A stretch of 64,000 nt of DNA, taken from Nitrososphaeria archaeon. Its GTDB lineage: Archaea > Thermoproteota > Nitrososphaeria > JACIWG01. Position 1 is the first letter of the stretch, and each line of letters starts with the position of its first letter. The translations under genes and the position numbers were made by a program. The notes under the pieces are model-generated. The model worked only from the letters and a program-made list of their open reading frames with translations. It made no database searches and was not told the DNA's origin. The stretch is from positions 1 to 64,000 of the forward strand of contig CAVVXT010000019.1 of NCBI GenBank assembly GCA_963752255.1, given 5' to 3'. This document shows, piece after piece, positions 9,924-21,184 of this stretch.

Positions 9924-11104
9924 ATGAAAGTTTTGCTGAACGACGGGATGGATGAAGAAGGAATAAAACTCTTTGAAAACGCCGGAATCGAGACCGACAA
10001 CAGTAAACTCGACCCAAAAGGTCTAGTTAAACAAATTGGCAAATTCGATGCTTTGGTAGTGCGGAGCGCGACCAAGGTGACACGAGAGGTTATTGAGTCG
10101 GGCATCAAAGGGAAATTGAAAGTCATCGGCAGAGCAGGAGTTGGAACAGACAACATTGACATCAATGCCGCGATTGAAAATGGGGTTATCGTGAAGTCGG
10201 CACCTTTTGGGAACACCAATGCCACTGCGGAATTGGCGCTTGCTTTGATGATGAGTGTTTCAAGAAGGGTTGCGCAGGGCCATTGTTCTTTGAAGAAAGG
10301 CGTTTGGAGAAAGAAATGTTTTGAAGGCACGGAGCTTTCCGGCAAAACCTTAGGGATCATCGGTTGTGGAAGAATCGGGCAGAAACTAAGCGAACTTACT
10401 GCCGGGTTTAACATGGAAACGATCGGGTACGACCCCGTCGCGAAAGTTAGTTCTAGAATAAAGCTTGTAACAAAAGAAGAAGTTCTTTCACAAGCTGATT
10501 ACGTAAGCATACACGTTAACGGAAACGAAAACGTGATTGGAGAGAAGGAGTTGTGGCTGATGAAGCCGACAGCCTACTTAATCAACACTGCCCGCGGACG
10601 CAACGTAGATGGCAAAGCCCTGTACAACGCTCTTGAAAAGCGGCGGTATAGCCGGGGCAGCCCTGGATGTTTTCGAGGAGGAGCCCGACCCAGGAAGACT
10701 CCGAGTTCAGAAACGAGTTGCGAAAGCTGGACAACATTGTCTTTACGCCTCATCTAGGAGCATCCACCGTTGAGGCTCAGATGAAAACGTCAGTGGAAAT
10801 GGCGACGGTCATCATGGATTACTTGCTGCGCGGGGATTTTTCAAACGCGGTGAACGTCGGCGAAAGCATCGAGTTCGAGGAAAAACCGTTCTATCCCCTG
10901 TTCGTTTATCATGTTGACAAACCAGGCATGTTCGCCAAAATCGACAAGGTGCTTGCCGACAACGGAGTAAACATCAGGGAGAATCCGTCTAGGCAAATCG
11001 GGGAAGGATGCGCCATCGCCATCTACCTCGTGCATCAGAGGGTCGGGCAAGACGTCATAGACGAATTAAACAGGCTCGAAGGCGTCATCAGAGCCCAAAG
11101 CTAA
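9924..11104 (+). CDS. serA: D-3-phosphoglycerate dehydrogenase with C-terminal ACT domain; one frameshift near 10640
   Basis: RAGVGTDNID, GIIGCGRIG, INTARG in ORF 9900..10757; continues in the next frame as GIAGAALDVFEEEP...FTPHLGAST in ORF 10667..11104. Confidence 0.85.
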
Positions 11105-11673
11105 AGAAAAAGCTTCAGAAATCAGCTCAGATTCACCTCTGCCTGACCGCTGCAACGCGTTCAAAGCTCATGTTCTTGTTGTTGCTGCTGAGATACCCAC
11201 AAAGAAATATTAGCCCTTATGAGAGTTTTTTCTTGTGGCAAAAGCCAGAGCGTTTTCTTTTTTGAATTTTTTGTTGGTAGATTTGCTGGCTTGCTGACGT
11301 GAACGATCCTTGAATCAGATTAAAATTGCGGTTAAGCAAGGTTTCGATACTGTGGATTCAATCATATTTGAAGCAGCCTTAACCTGTACACGATCGAAAC
11401 CCAAAACAAACAGAAAGAATACATTCGCTGAACGGCAATTTTAGGCTGTTATAAATTGTTACAAAAGAAAAGTCGTAGCGATTCTTTCAAGTTGAATTAA
11501 GAATCTGCGCTGAAACTTTTTTCTCGAATCACTAAATGTATATAAGTTGCATGGATTCCTTTGCTAATTAATTTCAGCGTTCCACACATAGCAGAGATCA
11601 CAAATAGCAGTCACACTAGCGAATTATCACAACCACGGGATTGTTTTCCCTTGGAAAAATTCTTTCCAGAGAA

Positions 11674-12228
11674 ATGGGTGTAAGAAAAGTGGGATGGAAT
11701 TCAGAGCAAGAGAATAATGCAATTTGGATAAGCAGAGAGTTTTCAAAATGCAGCGGCTGCCGCAAATGCGAAATCGCCTGCTCTCTTCAAAAAGAAAACA
11801 AAATTTGGCCTGAAGCCTCAAGAGTTCGCGTTTTCATGCTGGTTCCAGGCGCCGAGTTCCCTCATCTTTGCACTCAATGCGAAGATTACCCATGCGTTGA
11901 AGCCTGCCCGTTTAAAGCTCTTGGCGTGAACAAGGATACCAGCGCCGTCACGGTTAACGCTGACAAATGCACGGGCTGCGGAAAATGCATCGATGCTTGC
12001 CCAGGAAAAGTCCCGCATATTCATCCTAAAACCAAGAAGATTTTGATTTGCGACCTATGCGGCGGCGACCCAAAATGCGCTAAGGTTTGCCAAGAAGGTG
12101 GCTGGAACTGCCTAAAAGTGGTTAAACGGGGAGACCATGAGTTTAAGCTCTATTCCCGAACTCCAGAGGAAACCTCCAGAAACCTTGCAACAAAAATGTA
12201 CGGTGAGAAAGCGGAGGAATTCATGTAA
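11674..12228 (+). CDS. 4x[4Fe-4S] ferredoxin-like electron-transfer subunit
   Basis: CSGCRKCEIAC, CTQCEDYPCVEACP, CTGCGKCIDACP, CDLCGGDPKC; stop overlaps the next ATG. Confidence 0.9.
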   Translation: MGVRKVGWNSEQENNAIWISREFSKCSGCRKCEIACSLQKENKIWPEASRVRVFMLVPGAEFPHLCTQCEDYPCVEACPFKALGVNKDTSAVTVNADKCTGCGKCIDACPGKVPHIHPKTKKILICDLCGGDPKCAKVCQEGGWNCLKVVKRGDHEFKLYSRTPEETSRNLATKMYGEKAEEFM

Positions 12229-14102
12229 TGCTGGGTTACGCTGGAAAATTCTTGGAAGTTGACCTTTCAAATTCAAGCTTCAAAAACACAACGCTTCCTG
12301 AAGAGTGGCTAAGGAATATATGGGTGGCAGAGCGCTTGCAGCCAAAATCTTAAGCGAAAGGCTGATTCACAAATGGGAAAAAGTGGATCCTTTAGGTCCT
12401 GAAAACCTGCTGTTTTTCATGACAGGCCCCTTCCAAGGTTACTTCCCAGGCGGCAGAACATGCGTAACAGGCAAGTCGCCTCAAAGCAACGGCATGGTTG
12501 GCTCCACGGTCGGCGGCGAATTCGCAGTTGAGCTTCGATGCGCAGGCTACGATGGCATAATCGTTTCAGGCAAAGCTGAGAAGCCAGTTTACCTGTTCAT
12601 TAAAGACTCAGATGTTGAGCTCAGGGACGCTAGCGGCGTTTGGGGCAAAGACTGCAAACAAACAGACGCGTTGCTGAACCGTGAATGCCGACAGCTGCTT
12701 GCTGAACGTTATCCCCATGTCGGCGTTTGGAAGCAGCCCGCTAAACTCTACATTGGACCAGCAGGAGAACACAAGGTTAGGCCGTCAGCTGTCATCGCCA
12801 AATGGACTCATGCGGCAGGGTACGGCGGCTACGGCGCAGTTATGGGTTCAAAAAACCTCAAGGCGGTCGCGGTTAAGGGTACTGGTCCGCTTGCCTGAAG
12901 TGGCTGATATGGAGAAGGTCAAGCAGATGATTGATGACGTCTGCAGAGGCTGCTACGGTAACATGATGTGGCGCAGGTACGGAACAGGAGGAGGAGGCTA
13001 CAGCTTCGGGGCAGACACCAGTTCCGAGCCCGTTCGCAACTGGCAGGAAGAGTGGCATGACCAAAGAAGCTACGGCGTCGACCAGTTTGAGAATAGGGTT
13101 TGGGTGAAACCGGCTTGGAGCGACTTCGGTTGCCCGACGAACTGCCTCAAAATCAGCTGCATACGCGCAGGCAAATACAAAGGCGCCATAAGCGACAACC
13201 CCGACTATGAACTGCAGGCTTTTCTAGGTCCCAACTTGGGCTTGTTCACTCCCGAAGAAAACGTGTACCTGTCTTCGCTCATCGAGGACTTAGGATTCTG
13301 CGGCATCCAAGGCGGCAGCGTATTGGGCTTCGCAGCTGAACTTTTCCAAAGAGGCATCCTAACCAAAGAAGACCTGGACGGCCTCGAGTTGAAATGGGGC
13401 GACGCAGACGCTTTCGCCGCTTTGGCAAAGAAAATCGCGAACAGGGAAGGCATAGGCGACATTTTGGCTGAAGGAACATACCGAGCGGCAATAAAGCTTG
13501 GAAAAATGAAGGGCAAAAACCTCTTACCTTACGCGGTAACGGGCAAGGGCATCAGCATCGGCGCCCATGGAATCCGAAGCGGCAGAGACTTTTCACGTGA
13601 AATAGGTTACGCATGCAGCGTGCAGGGCGGCGACCACTCGTCCATGACTGACTTGCCCATTGACGGATGGGGCAGCGAGATTTGGACGATATTTAACGAT
13701 TCAGCGGTAATGTGCATTTTCACCTCGTTCAGCCTAACGCCGACGTTCCGATACGAATTCTACACCGCCCTCACTGGACAAACCTTGACCCGCAAAGGGT
13801 GGCTTAACGGCGGCGGCATGAAAACACTGCAGATACAGCGGGCTCTTCTGCTTCTCGGCGGACCAGACTTGACGTGGAACCCCAAAGTTGACGATGACAA
13901 CCCGGAGAGGTTCTATGAGCCGTTGCCGACTGGACCATGCAAGGGACAAGCCGCAGACAGGGCAAGCGTGAAGGAGAAAGTGACGCAATACTATGGGCAG
14001 GCAGGATGGGACCAAAACGGCGTACCAACGTCGGAGACACTAACTAAGCTCAAACTGGAACATGTTGACGAAAGTTTGGGCAATGGCGCATTTAGCCCAT
14101 GA
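12228..14102 (+). CDS. Tungsten-dependent aldehyde:ferredoxin oxidoreductase family protein; frameshifts near 12303 and 12892
   Basis: MLGYAGKFLEVDLS start, KSPQ, GYDGII, GAVMGSKNLKAVAVKG, CPTNC, YYGQAGWD..GVPT spread over three frames. Confidence 0.88.
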
Positions 14103-15245
14103 AAACCCGGTTGATAAACGGGTTGCTATCGCACAAAGTGTAGTTATCCACACTAGTGCAGCTATCTGTACATAACCGCTGATCGTGGAAAAAAGCTGGG
14201 CTTGGCTGTCTATCTTGGCTGCGGCGATCGTCATTTCTGTCGGAGTCCCTCCAAGGTATTCAAGAGAGTAGTAAAGTTTTGGTAACGTTGATAGGACAAC
14301 AATTGTGTTTACTAGATACATTACAATAAAGATGATAAGAGAGAATCCAACTGAAATAAATATTGGTTTCCAAAGTGTTTTTGCTCCAATAGATTTAACG
14401 ACTAAGAAGATTATACCTGCTATTAGAAACCATCTAAAAATAAATTCCAGTAAGCCAGATAGTGAATAACTTAACAGATAGCCTGAGGCGTCTGTGTTAA
14501 GGGGGGCTTGAAAAACACCGCGAAAATATAGGCCGTCAAAGAGTATTGTGATGTTTGAATTTTCAGACCAACTAAACTCTAGCTTCATTCCTGTGATTCT
14601 AGTCCAGTCCACGCTGTTGTTCACCCAACCTTCCGTCGCAAGAGGAATCGTCAGGTTGTTCCAGACGCCTGCCTTACTATTTGAAAGGGTTTCAGTTAGG
14701 TTGTAAAAGAAATAATCTGAGTTATTCCCCGAGAACAGGTAGATGGACGCGTTTGAAGGAGCGTTTTTTGGGCTTATAATCTTCATCCTTAAAGACATGT
14801 TTCGATAACCATCAGTAGCTGAGCAATTTACAAGTCCTATATCAATCAGCTTCATGAAAATTTGAGAACTGTTAGGCATTGAGAACGCGATACTTCTGTT
14901 ACCATAGTAGCTGCCATTTATAAAATCATTAAAGTCCTCTTTGATCGTTGCTCCTGGTGTGGAGGTCCACAAGGTCGCGTTTTCGGTCCAGACATCAAAC
15001 TGCCCGATTGATGGATCAGCATTCGGAAGAGTGTGTTCAAGGTAGCTTCTTGATAGGATGGCGGAACCGTACGCGGTGTTTGCAGCCACGAAAAGGACCA
15101 TTATCAGGATTGGCCCAATGTACTTGGGCTCTTCAATTATCTCCTTAAATGCCCTTTGAGGTGCATAAAATATTTCAAGAATCTGATGAATTGTCGCATT
15201 CTTCCGCGGCTTATGAGGTTCTTCCGTTACAGTACTATTGCTCAT
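14040..15245 (-). CDS. Yip1-like membrane protein with inserted extracellular beta domain; C-terminus may be truncated
   Basis: FYAPQRAFKEI Yip1-type N-terminus, many N-X-S/T sites, several TM helices. Confidence 0.75.
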   Translation of the reverse strand: MSNSTVTEEPHKPRKNATIHQILEIFYAPQRAFKEIIEEPKYIGPILIMVLFVAANTAYGSAILSRSYLEHTLPNADPSIGQFDVWTENATLWTSTPGATIKEDFNDFINGSYYGNRSIAFSMPNSSQIFMKLIDIGLVNCSATDGYRNMSLRMKIISPKNAPSNASIYLFSGNNSDYFFYNLTETLSNSKAGVWNNLTIPLATEGWVNNSVDWTRITGMKLEFSWSENSNITILFDGLYFRGVFQAPLNTDASGYLLSYSLSGLLEFIFRWFLIAGIIFLVVKSIGAKTLWKPIFISVGFSLIIFIVMYLVNTIVVLSTLPKLYYSLEYLGGTPTEMTIAAAKIDSQAQLFSTISGYVQIAALVWITTLCAIATRLSTGFSWAKCAIAQTFVNMFQFELS

Positions 15246-15729
15246 GTTCTCTATACATCCCCCACATAATAAGTTTTAAACACCCTCAGCTTGATATACA
15301 ATATATTCTAATATGGAACTTTAAGATTGGTATTTAACTGTTAGTTTATAAGCTCTTAAAGAGAAATCATAATACAAAATCTACTTTATTTTAACAAATC
15401 CTCAATCAAAATCTTATACCTTTAATTTAAATAACAAATATAACATGTTCTAAATACGGAAAAGTATGGGGTTAGTATCTTAGCGGTTGCAATAATCTGG
15501 GCCGCTGTGATATTTGCTTCAGTATCTATTCTTAGTGACACCATTTATTTTTCTCAGATGTTCATCATCGTTGGAGGTGGAGTGGCTAGTAGTCTTATTG
15601 TGTTAGCTGGAGCAAGACCTAAAAGGGGCACAGAAAAGTAACCTCATTAATGTATTGTGTCTTCTGACAGAAAAATAAAGGGGGGACTGGAGTCAATTCT
15701 AGGCTTTAGAAGAAAGGATCCCATTTTTG

Positions 15730-16044
15730 CTAACTTGAAGTTTTTGTCACATCGAAAAGATCAAGTGCATCTTTACTTGCAACTTCATCTGCTAAATGTT
15801 CAAGTTCGTTCCAGTGTCTGTTATAGTACTCTTGCAACTGTTCTGTTTTCAATGACATCCTCAGCTTTTGTGATCCATTAAAAAAAGTGAAAGAAAGCCC
15901 TTCTCCTTCCTCAACAAGAATATCACATTTCAAACACGCCTTAACCCCATCTAATGCACAAAGGTAAGGTTTTCTCACTATAGTTTGTGCAACACATTTC
16001 GAGACGTCTCCTAATACAGATTTAGCATACAAGCACGCTTTCAT
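15730..16044 (-). CDS. Hypothetical Cys-rich protein
   Basis: 104-aa ORF with CLKC. Confidence 0.5.
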   Translation of the reverse strand: MKACLYAKSVLGDVSKCVAQTIVRKPYLCALDGVKACLKCDILVEEGEGLSFTFFNGSQKLRMSLKTEQLQEYYNRHWNELEHLADEVASKDALDLFDVTKTSS

Positions 16045-16109
16045 CCCTAAGCATTAGGGATGGGCCATAATGTCTGTGTAAAGTTACGGCTTTCTTAATA
16101 TATTCTTTT

Positions 16110-16652
16110 TCAGAATCCATAACTCTTTCTTACTCCTGTTCTCTCAAGTGCCGCTAGCAAAGGATAGGATATTATCAGGCTAAGGGCACCGCCAATAGTA
16201 TGAAGAGGTGCCCAGAATATTAACGATAATTGAAAAGATCCGCTTGTAAGTATTAATCCTATTATGAACCCTGCTATATAAAAAGAAAGTATAGCTGATA
16301 GGGAAACAGCCAAGATATTACTTATTTTAAAAGTAACTTTATGATTAACAATGAATAACAATAGGTCAAAGATAAAAGCAGCTATCGCAAAACCGACAAC
16401 AAAGAACAAACTTGAATTTAGGAAAAGAACGATAAGAGTACTGATAATGCCGACACCTGTTGCAGCCCCAAATCTTCCCACTATCCAAACGGATAGTACG
16501 ATTGGAAAGAAGACTATAAGGTCATGACCAAATGGTAGTCCCCCTATTATTTGGAATGTTATGGGTGCAACAAATACCTGCAAGGTTCCAGAAAATGCAC
16601 TCAGCAGGCTTACAAGCGCGATAAATTTTGTTTTCGCCATTGCGAGACTCAC
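16110..16652 (-). CDS. ECF transporter S-component-like membrane protein
   Basis: About 6 TM helices, GRFGAATGVG, ALERTGV C-terminus. Confidence 0.6.
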   Translation of the reverse strand: MSLAMAKTKFIALVSLLSAFSGTLQVFVAPITFQIIGGLPFGHDLIVFFPIVLSVWIVGRFGAATGVGIISTLIVLFLNSSLFFVVGFAIAAFIFDLLLFIVNHKVTFKISNILAVSLSAILSFYIAGFIIGLILTSGSFQLSLIFWAPLHTIGGALSLIISYPLLAALERTGVRKSYGF

Positions 16653-16829
16653 CTACCCTATTACTGTTGGCATAAATTTACGTTATATAATAAATTCTCA
16701 ATGTAAGACACAATTTCTGCGAAGCATTATCGGACGAAACAAAGATAAAAGAATTTAAATCTTTGGACAGACTTAACTTTACGGTACCTAAGGGCCCTTG
16801 CGCTTAGTTTTCCTGATTTCCTCGTTTTC

Positions 16830-17012
16830 CTAGCGTTTTCTATTTGCCTCTGCATAGGCAACAGCACAGGTTTCGGAACAAAACTTAAGTGTTTTATTTC
16901 CTATCTTCTTTTCCACAGCCTTCCCATAGACTAAAACATTTTCTTTGCACTCTGGGCATTCTTCTGGGGATATCTTCTTGTCACCCTCTTTTTTTGGAGA
17001 CATATTTTTCAA
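16830..17012 (-). CDS. Small TRASH/YHS-like metal-binding protein
   Basis: CPEC...FCSETC. Confidence 0.6.
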   Translation of the reverse strand: MKNMSPKKEGDKKISPEECPECKENVLVYGKAVEKKIGNKTLKFCSETCAVAYAEANRKR

Positions 17013-17062
17013 CTTAGATAAGGCAAGTGTAAGATAGATATTTAAATATTTCTCGGATTTTT

Positions 17063-17815
17063 TTAAGTGGAATAAACATTCATATTTTTAAATGCTTGCT
17101 CCGGATCGCTTCTGGAGCCTGTTATGTAATTTTTAGCCATCGCTATTGCTATTTCGTATTCATTATTTTCTAGTCCCTTTGCTACAGCTTCAGCCACTTC
17201 TGATGATGGAACATTCCATTCAGCTTTCTCTAACTCTTTCCCCTTTAATTCTGTGTCGAATACCGTTGGAGGTATTACCTCGAATACTCTTATCGGTGTT
17301 TCTTTAAGCTGATACCTTAATGTCATACTAAACGAGTGTATTGCTGCCTTTGTCGCACAATAAACTGGGAATCTTGCTAAAGGCACAAATCCTAGCCCAG
17401 ATGATACATTAATAATTGCGGCATTCTTTTGTCTCAAAAAAATAGGTATAAAGTGTGCTGAAAGATATATCTGCGCTTTAAGGTTTATCTCAATCTCATC
17501 CTCACTCTTTAGCAGATCTTCTATACCTTTTCTAAAATCTATCGGTCTCTGTATTCCTGCGTTGTTTACTAACATGTTTACGTCCTTGAAATTAGAACTT
17601 ACCCAATCATAAAGGGCTTTACGCTCGTCTTCCTTTGATATATCGCACTTCTTTATGTGGATTGATGGTAGCTTAGCCTTCGCTTCATTCAATTTGTACT
17701 CTCTTCTTCCACAGATAATGACTTCGTTACCCAGACCTACAAATTTTTGTCCTAGAGCCAAGCCTATTCCAGTTGCTCCGCCAGTTATAACTACTGTATT
17801 TCCATTGACTTTCAT
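17063..17815 (-). CDS. Short-chain dehydrogenase/reductase (DltE-like)
   Basis: TGGATGIG, NNAG, YCATK. Confidence 0.92.
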   Translation of the reverse strand: MKVNGNTVVITGGATGIGLALGQKFVGLGNEVIICGRREYKLNEAKAKLPSIHIKKCDISKEDERKALYDWVSSNFKDVNMLVNNAGIQRPIDFRKGIEDLLKSEDEIEINLKAQIYLSAHFIPIFLRQKNAAIINVSSGLGFVPLARFPVYCATKAAIHSFSMTLRYQLKETPIRVFEVIPPTVFDTELKGKELEKAEWNVPSSEVAEAVAKGLENNEYEIAIAMAKNYITGSRSDPEQAFKNMNVYST

Positions 17816-17996
17816 GATATTATTTAAAGAGAAGATATACACTTAAGTCTTTGTCTAATCCAAGGCCCTCAAAAAAGCTTTTTTTCCATCAAGTCCTAAT
17901 AGGCTAATCGTAAAAAAAAATAATGACACAGTTATATGTAATTAACTAAAGGCTATGACCCCGACAGTAGATTTTTTTTATTTTTAGTAACGTTTT

Positions 17997-19112
17997 TTAG
18001 AGGCGTTGCACGAAATCCACGAGAGATCTCGACCAAAAATTGTTAACGTGACCTGTATCAGCAGTGTAATAAACGTATTTGATCTCTAATTCTTCTAGTT
18101 TTCCTTTAATCGATTCGTTTTGTTTTAGCAGAGGATCTTGTTTTCCACAGGAAACATAGATCAGTTTATACTGTTTAATCTGTTGTTTGACCTTGGATAA
18201 TCTGTTTAGTAGTCTGTCGTCGATCATTCCTGAGCTGAACATCCCTGCAGCAGAGAACATATCAGGATGCGTAGTTATTATGTTGAAAGTTTGCCCGCCA
18301 CCCATAGATAACCCCGCAATCGCCCTAGCTTCTTTTAGGACTCGATATCTCGACTCAACGAAGAGTACAACATCCTTGATAAAGTAGTTGGTATGCTCCT
18401 CCAGTGTTTTTCTCCTAGTCTCTTCGCTATCTAAAGACTTTGAAAAGGGGGCAATATCTATCAAAGTTCCTACGGTTCCCCTGTGGCCATCAGGCATGAC
18501 CACTATCATTTCCTTTGTTTTTTTCTCAGATATCAGATTATCCATGATATTGTCTGCGTACACGCTGAAAATCCAGGTTAAAGAATCAGCTCTTGCACCA
18601 TGAAGGAGGTAGAGTATCGGATACCTTTTAGTCGGTTTATATCCAGGTGGAAGATAGACCGAGCAGCCCTTTACCTGCTCAAATGTTCTGCTGTAAAATT
18701 TGTGAAGAACTATTTCTCCGTGCGCGATATCGCTGGAAAATTCCCATGGCATAGGTTCCTCGGCTGGGATATCAACCCTATTTATGCTACCTCCGAACGG
18801 GGTGAGCGAATTAACTCGACGGATTAGCGGGTTAAGGGGATCTAACGTCATTAGGCCGTCGACCCAAAATGAATACGCGTATCTGCCTGGCAGCATCGGA
18901 ACTGACGTAATGGTCCATATATTTTTGGAGGTTTTTTTCATAGGTATGTGTCCTCCAAGCACTCCTTCAAGATTGGGTGTAGCACGCGTTGTCTCAAATA
19001 CAAGCTCAGAGGTCACTTCGACAGCTTTTGCGTTTTCACTTTTAAGGTTTAATGTGACTGAATTATCTTTATTAACAATTGGAGACCTTAACTCCGCATT
19101 AGATTTATTCAT
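17997..19112 (-). CDS. Esterase (N-terminal CBM48-like domain + alpha/beta hydrolase)
   Basis: YSFWVDG..LDPLNP, YLLHG, GLSMGG nucleophile, CGKQD, GH. Confidence 0.88.
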   Translation of the reverse strand: MNKSNAELRSPIVNKDNSVTLNLKSENAKAVEVTSELVFETTRATPNLEGVLGGHIPMKKTSKNIWTITSVPMLPGRYAYSFWVDGLMTLDPLNPLIRRVNSLTPFGGSINRVDIPAEEPMPWEFSSDIAHGEIVLHKFYSRTFEQVKGCSVYLPPGYKPTKRYPILYLLHGARADSLTWIFSVYADNIMDNLISEKKTKEMIVVMPDGHRGTVGTLIDIAPFSKSLDSEETRRKTLEEHTNYFIKDVVLFVESRYRVLKEARAIAGLSMGGGQTFNIITTHPDMFSAAGMFSSGMIDDRLLNRLSKVKQQIKQYKLIYVSCGKQDPLLKQNESIKGKLEELEIKYVYYTADTGHVNNFWSRSLVDFVQRL

Positions 19113-19395
19113 GACTTTATCTTTTACAAAGGACTATATTAGAATTCCTCACTCTTGGGGATTTAAACAGGAAATAGAAAGCTGCCTTCTTTTGCTATCT
19201 AGTGGTTTAATACCTAAAAAGATATCGTAAGAGTATTAGAATATTTGTTATCCTAACTTTTTGACCTTATATTATATCTATTGGAGAAGTATATAGCTAA
19301 AAACCTCCTGATATCTTTTGACCTTTTTTTAAAAAATGTAGTCCCATATGATAATAAGTGTTCAAATCTGTTCACTATTGTCAGAACCAGAAAAG

Positions 19396-19447
19396 GGTTC
19401 TGTTAACTCTGCGGTTGATTGATGTTAGTGTTAACTTTCGGTTGATT
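19396..19447 (+). repeat. Left terminal inverted repeat
   Basis: GGTTCTGTTAACTCTGCGGTTGATTGATGTTAGTGTTAACTTTCGGTTGATT, containing two TGTTAACT...CGGTTGATT sub-repeats. Confidence 0.93.
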
Positions 19448-19513
19448 TTTCATTATGTCGATTGTTGAAACATGAATTGAACGCTTATATAATAGTTAGG
19501 TAATGATATTTTC

Positions 19514-19732
19514 ATGCCAAAATATACAACGGTTACAGGGATTCTAAAGGAATTTGATAGTGATAATATGACTTTATCATTATGGGATAAAGAGGAGAAT
19601 AATGAAATACATTATGACTTGCTTCCAGAAATTAAGGTGCAAGGTTGGGAAAAGAAAATTGCAAGTTTATTGAATCAAGAAGTGACTCTCAAACTGAATG
19701 ACGGGAAAGTATTTGATGTAGTATATAGTTGA
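19514..19732 (+). CDS. Small hypothetical passenger protein
   Basis: 72-aa ORF behind TTATATAA, inside the element. Confidence 0.6.
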   Translation: MPKYTTVTGILKEFDSDNMTLSLWDKEENNEIHYDLLPEIKVQGWEKKIASLLNQEVTLKLNDGKVFDVVYS

Positions 19733-19750
19733 TTGAAGTAGTATTGCCGA

Positions 19751-20880
19751 TTAGACATTTTTTGCAGCGTTCTGGATTATTGTTATCCACTTATTTTCTC
19801 CTTTAACTTCTATTCCACATTTGTCGGCTGGTGTCTTACCACCTAAGCCTTCGTGTGGTCTTAGATAGTTATGGTATATCTGATAGCCTTTAGAGAATAG
19901 GTGTATCTGTTTTCTTTATTCCTCTCATAACCTTCTCTCTGTCTCTAACCTCTCCATTCATCCTCTCCATTCATCCTCTCCATCTTATTGTTGTGGATTT
20001 CTCCACTTAATTGGATGTCTCTTATATGTTCTGTTCTCGGCTTATAGTTAGTGTAGAACTCTTTCTTATATGCGTCATGATATGCTGGAAGCCCATCAGT
20101 TATTAGAGTTAAAGGCTTCTTCCCCGTTGCTTCCTTGCCTTTTCTGAATATGTTTCTTGCGTCATGCTTGTATTTGGTGTCCGCTACCTCTTGAGCTATC
20201 CAAAAGCGTGTTTCATCATCCATTAAGGCAAAAAGATATTTCATATTTCCTTTAACCTTGATCCATAGTTCATCTGCTCTCCAAGTTTCACCAACGTTGG
20301 GCTTCATCTGATCAAGGTATCTCTCCATTAGTTGAACATATTTTCTTATCCACTTGTAGATAGCTACATGGGAAACTATAACGCCCTGCAACCTTAGAAA
20401 CTTCTGAACGCTTCTTAAAGATTCTCCCGTGAAATATAACTGCATGGCTGAAGTTATCGTTTGAGGGTTATGTTTCATCTTCTCAAAACCTATGTTAATG
20501 CTAAAAGTTTTCTGACAATCAGCACAAAGGAAACGCTGAATTTCTATATTTTTATTATATCTTACACCAAACTTCTTAATGTTAGGGGAATGGCAGAATA
20601 AACATTCTGAAACATTTATTGGTTCAATTACAATATTTTCTTTTACTCTCTCCCTTATCTTAATGCTAAATTCTACTGCCCAGATGTGCTTACACTTAAC
20701 ACCACGGAATTTGTAGTCAGGGCAATTGCAAATCCATCCTGATTCGGTTGCTCTTATGTCATATTCTAAATCTCCAGATTGAGAATGAACTTTGTATGCC
20801 AAATCATCCATTCGCTTTATTTGGTTTTCTTTCTGGGCTATCATGTTTCCTCTTTCTTCTCTGAAATCTTGACCTTGCAT
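19751..20880 (-). pseudogene. IS6-family DDE transposase with N-terminal SWIM and zinc-ribbon domains; C-terminus disrupted
   Basis: CNCPD..CKH (SWIM), CLFC...CADC, WRADE / ITDG / NNKMER (DDE). A 13-bp duplication at 19949..19974 plus a +1 base near 19892 interrupt the tail ...YHNYLRPHEGLGGKTPA...IQNAAKNV. Confidence 0.88.
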
Positions 20881-20989
20881 CTTAATCCCCTACATGTAGT
20901 ATTGTAGTATTATTATATAAAGTTTTACTACAAATATAGTTCATCAGTAAAACTTTAAATAATACAAAAACTATCCTAAAGCAAGAAAT

Positions 20990-21184
20990 ATGGCGAAAGA
21001 GAAAGAAGTTGTTACGAGCTTTCGAGTAAACGAGGAACTTTGGAGACAGGCAAGATCATACGCTGTGCTACATGGCATAAGCATCAAGCAACTAATAGAG
21101 TTCTTACTAAAAAAGGAGCTACGAGAGAACAGTATCCTAAAAATCCAAAATCTGAAAATCCAAAAGGAGGCTAATTTAGCATGA
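20990..21184 (+). CDS. Ribbon-helix-helix DNA-binding protein
   Basis: VVTSFRVNEELWRQAR...GISIKQLIEFLLKKEL. Confidence 0.75.
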   Translation: MAKEKEVVTSFRVNEELWRQARSYAVLHGISIKQLIEFLLKKELRENSILKIQNLKIQKEANLA

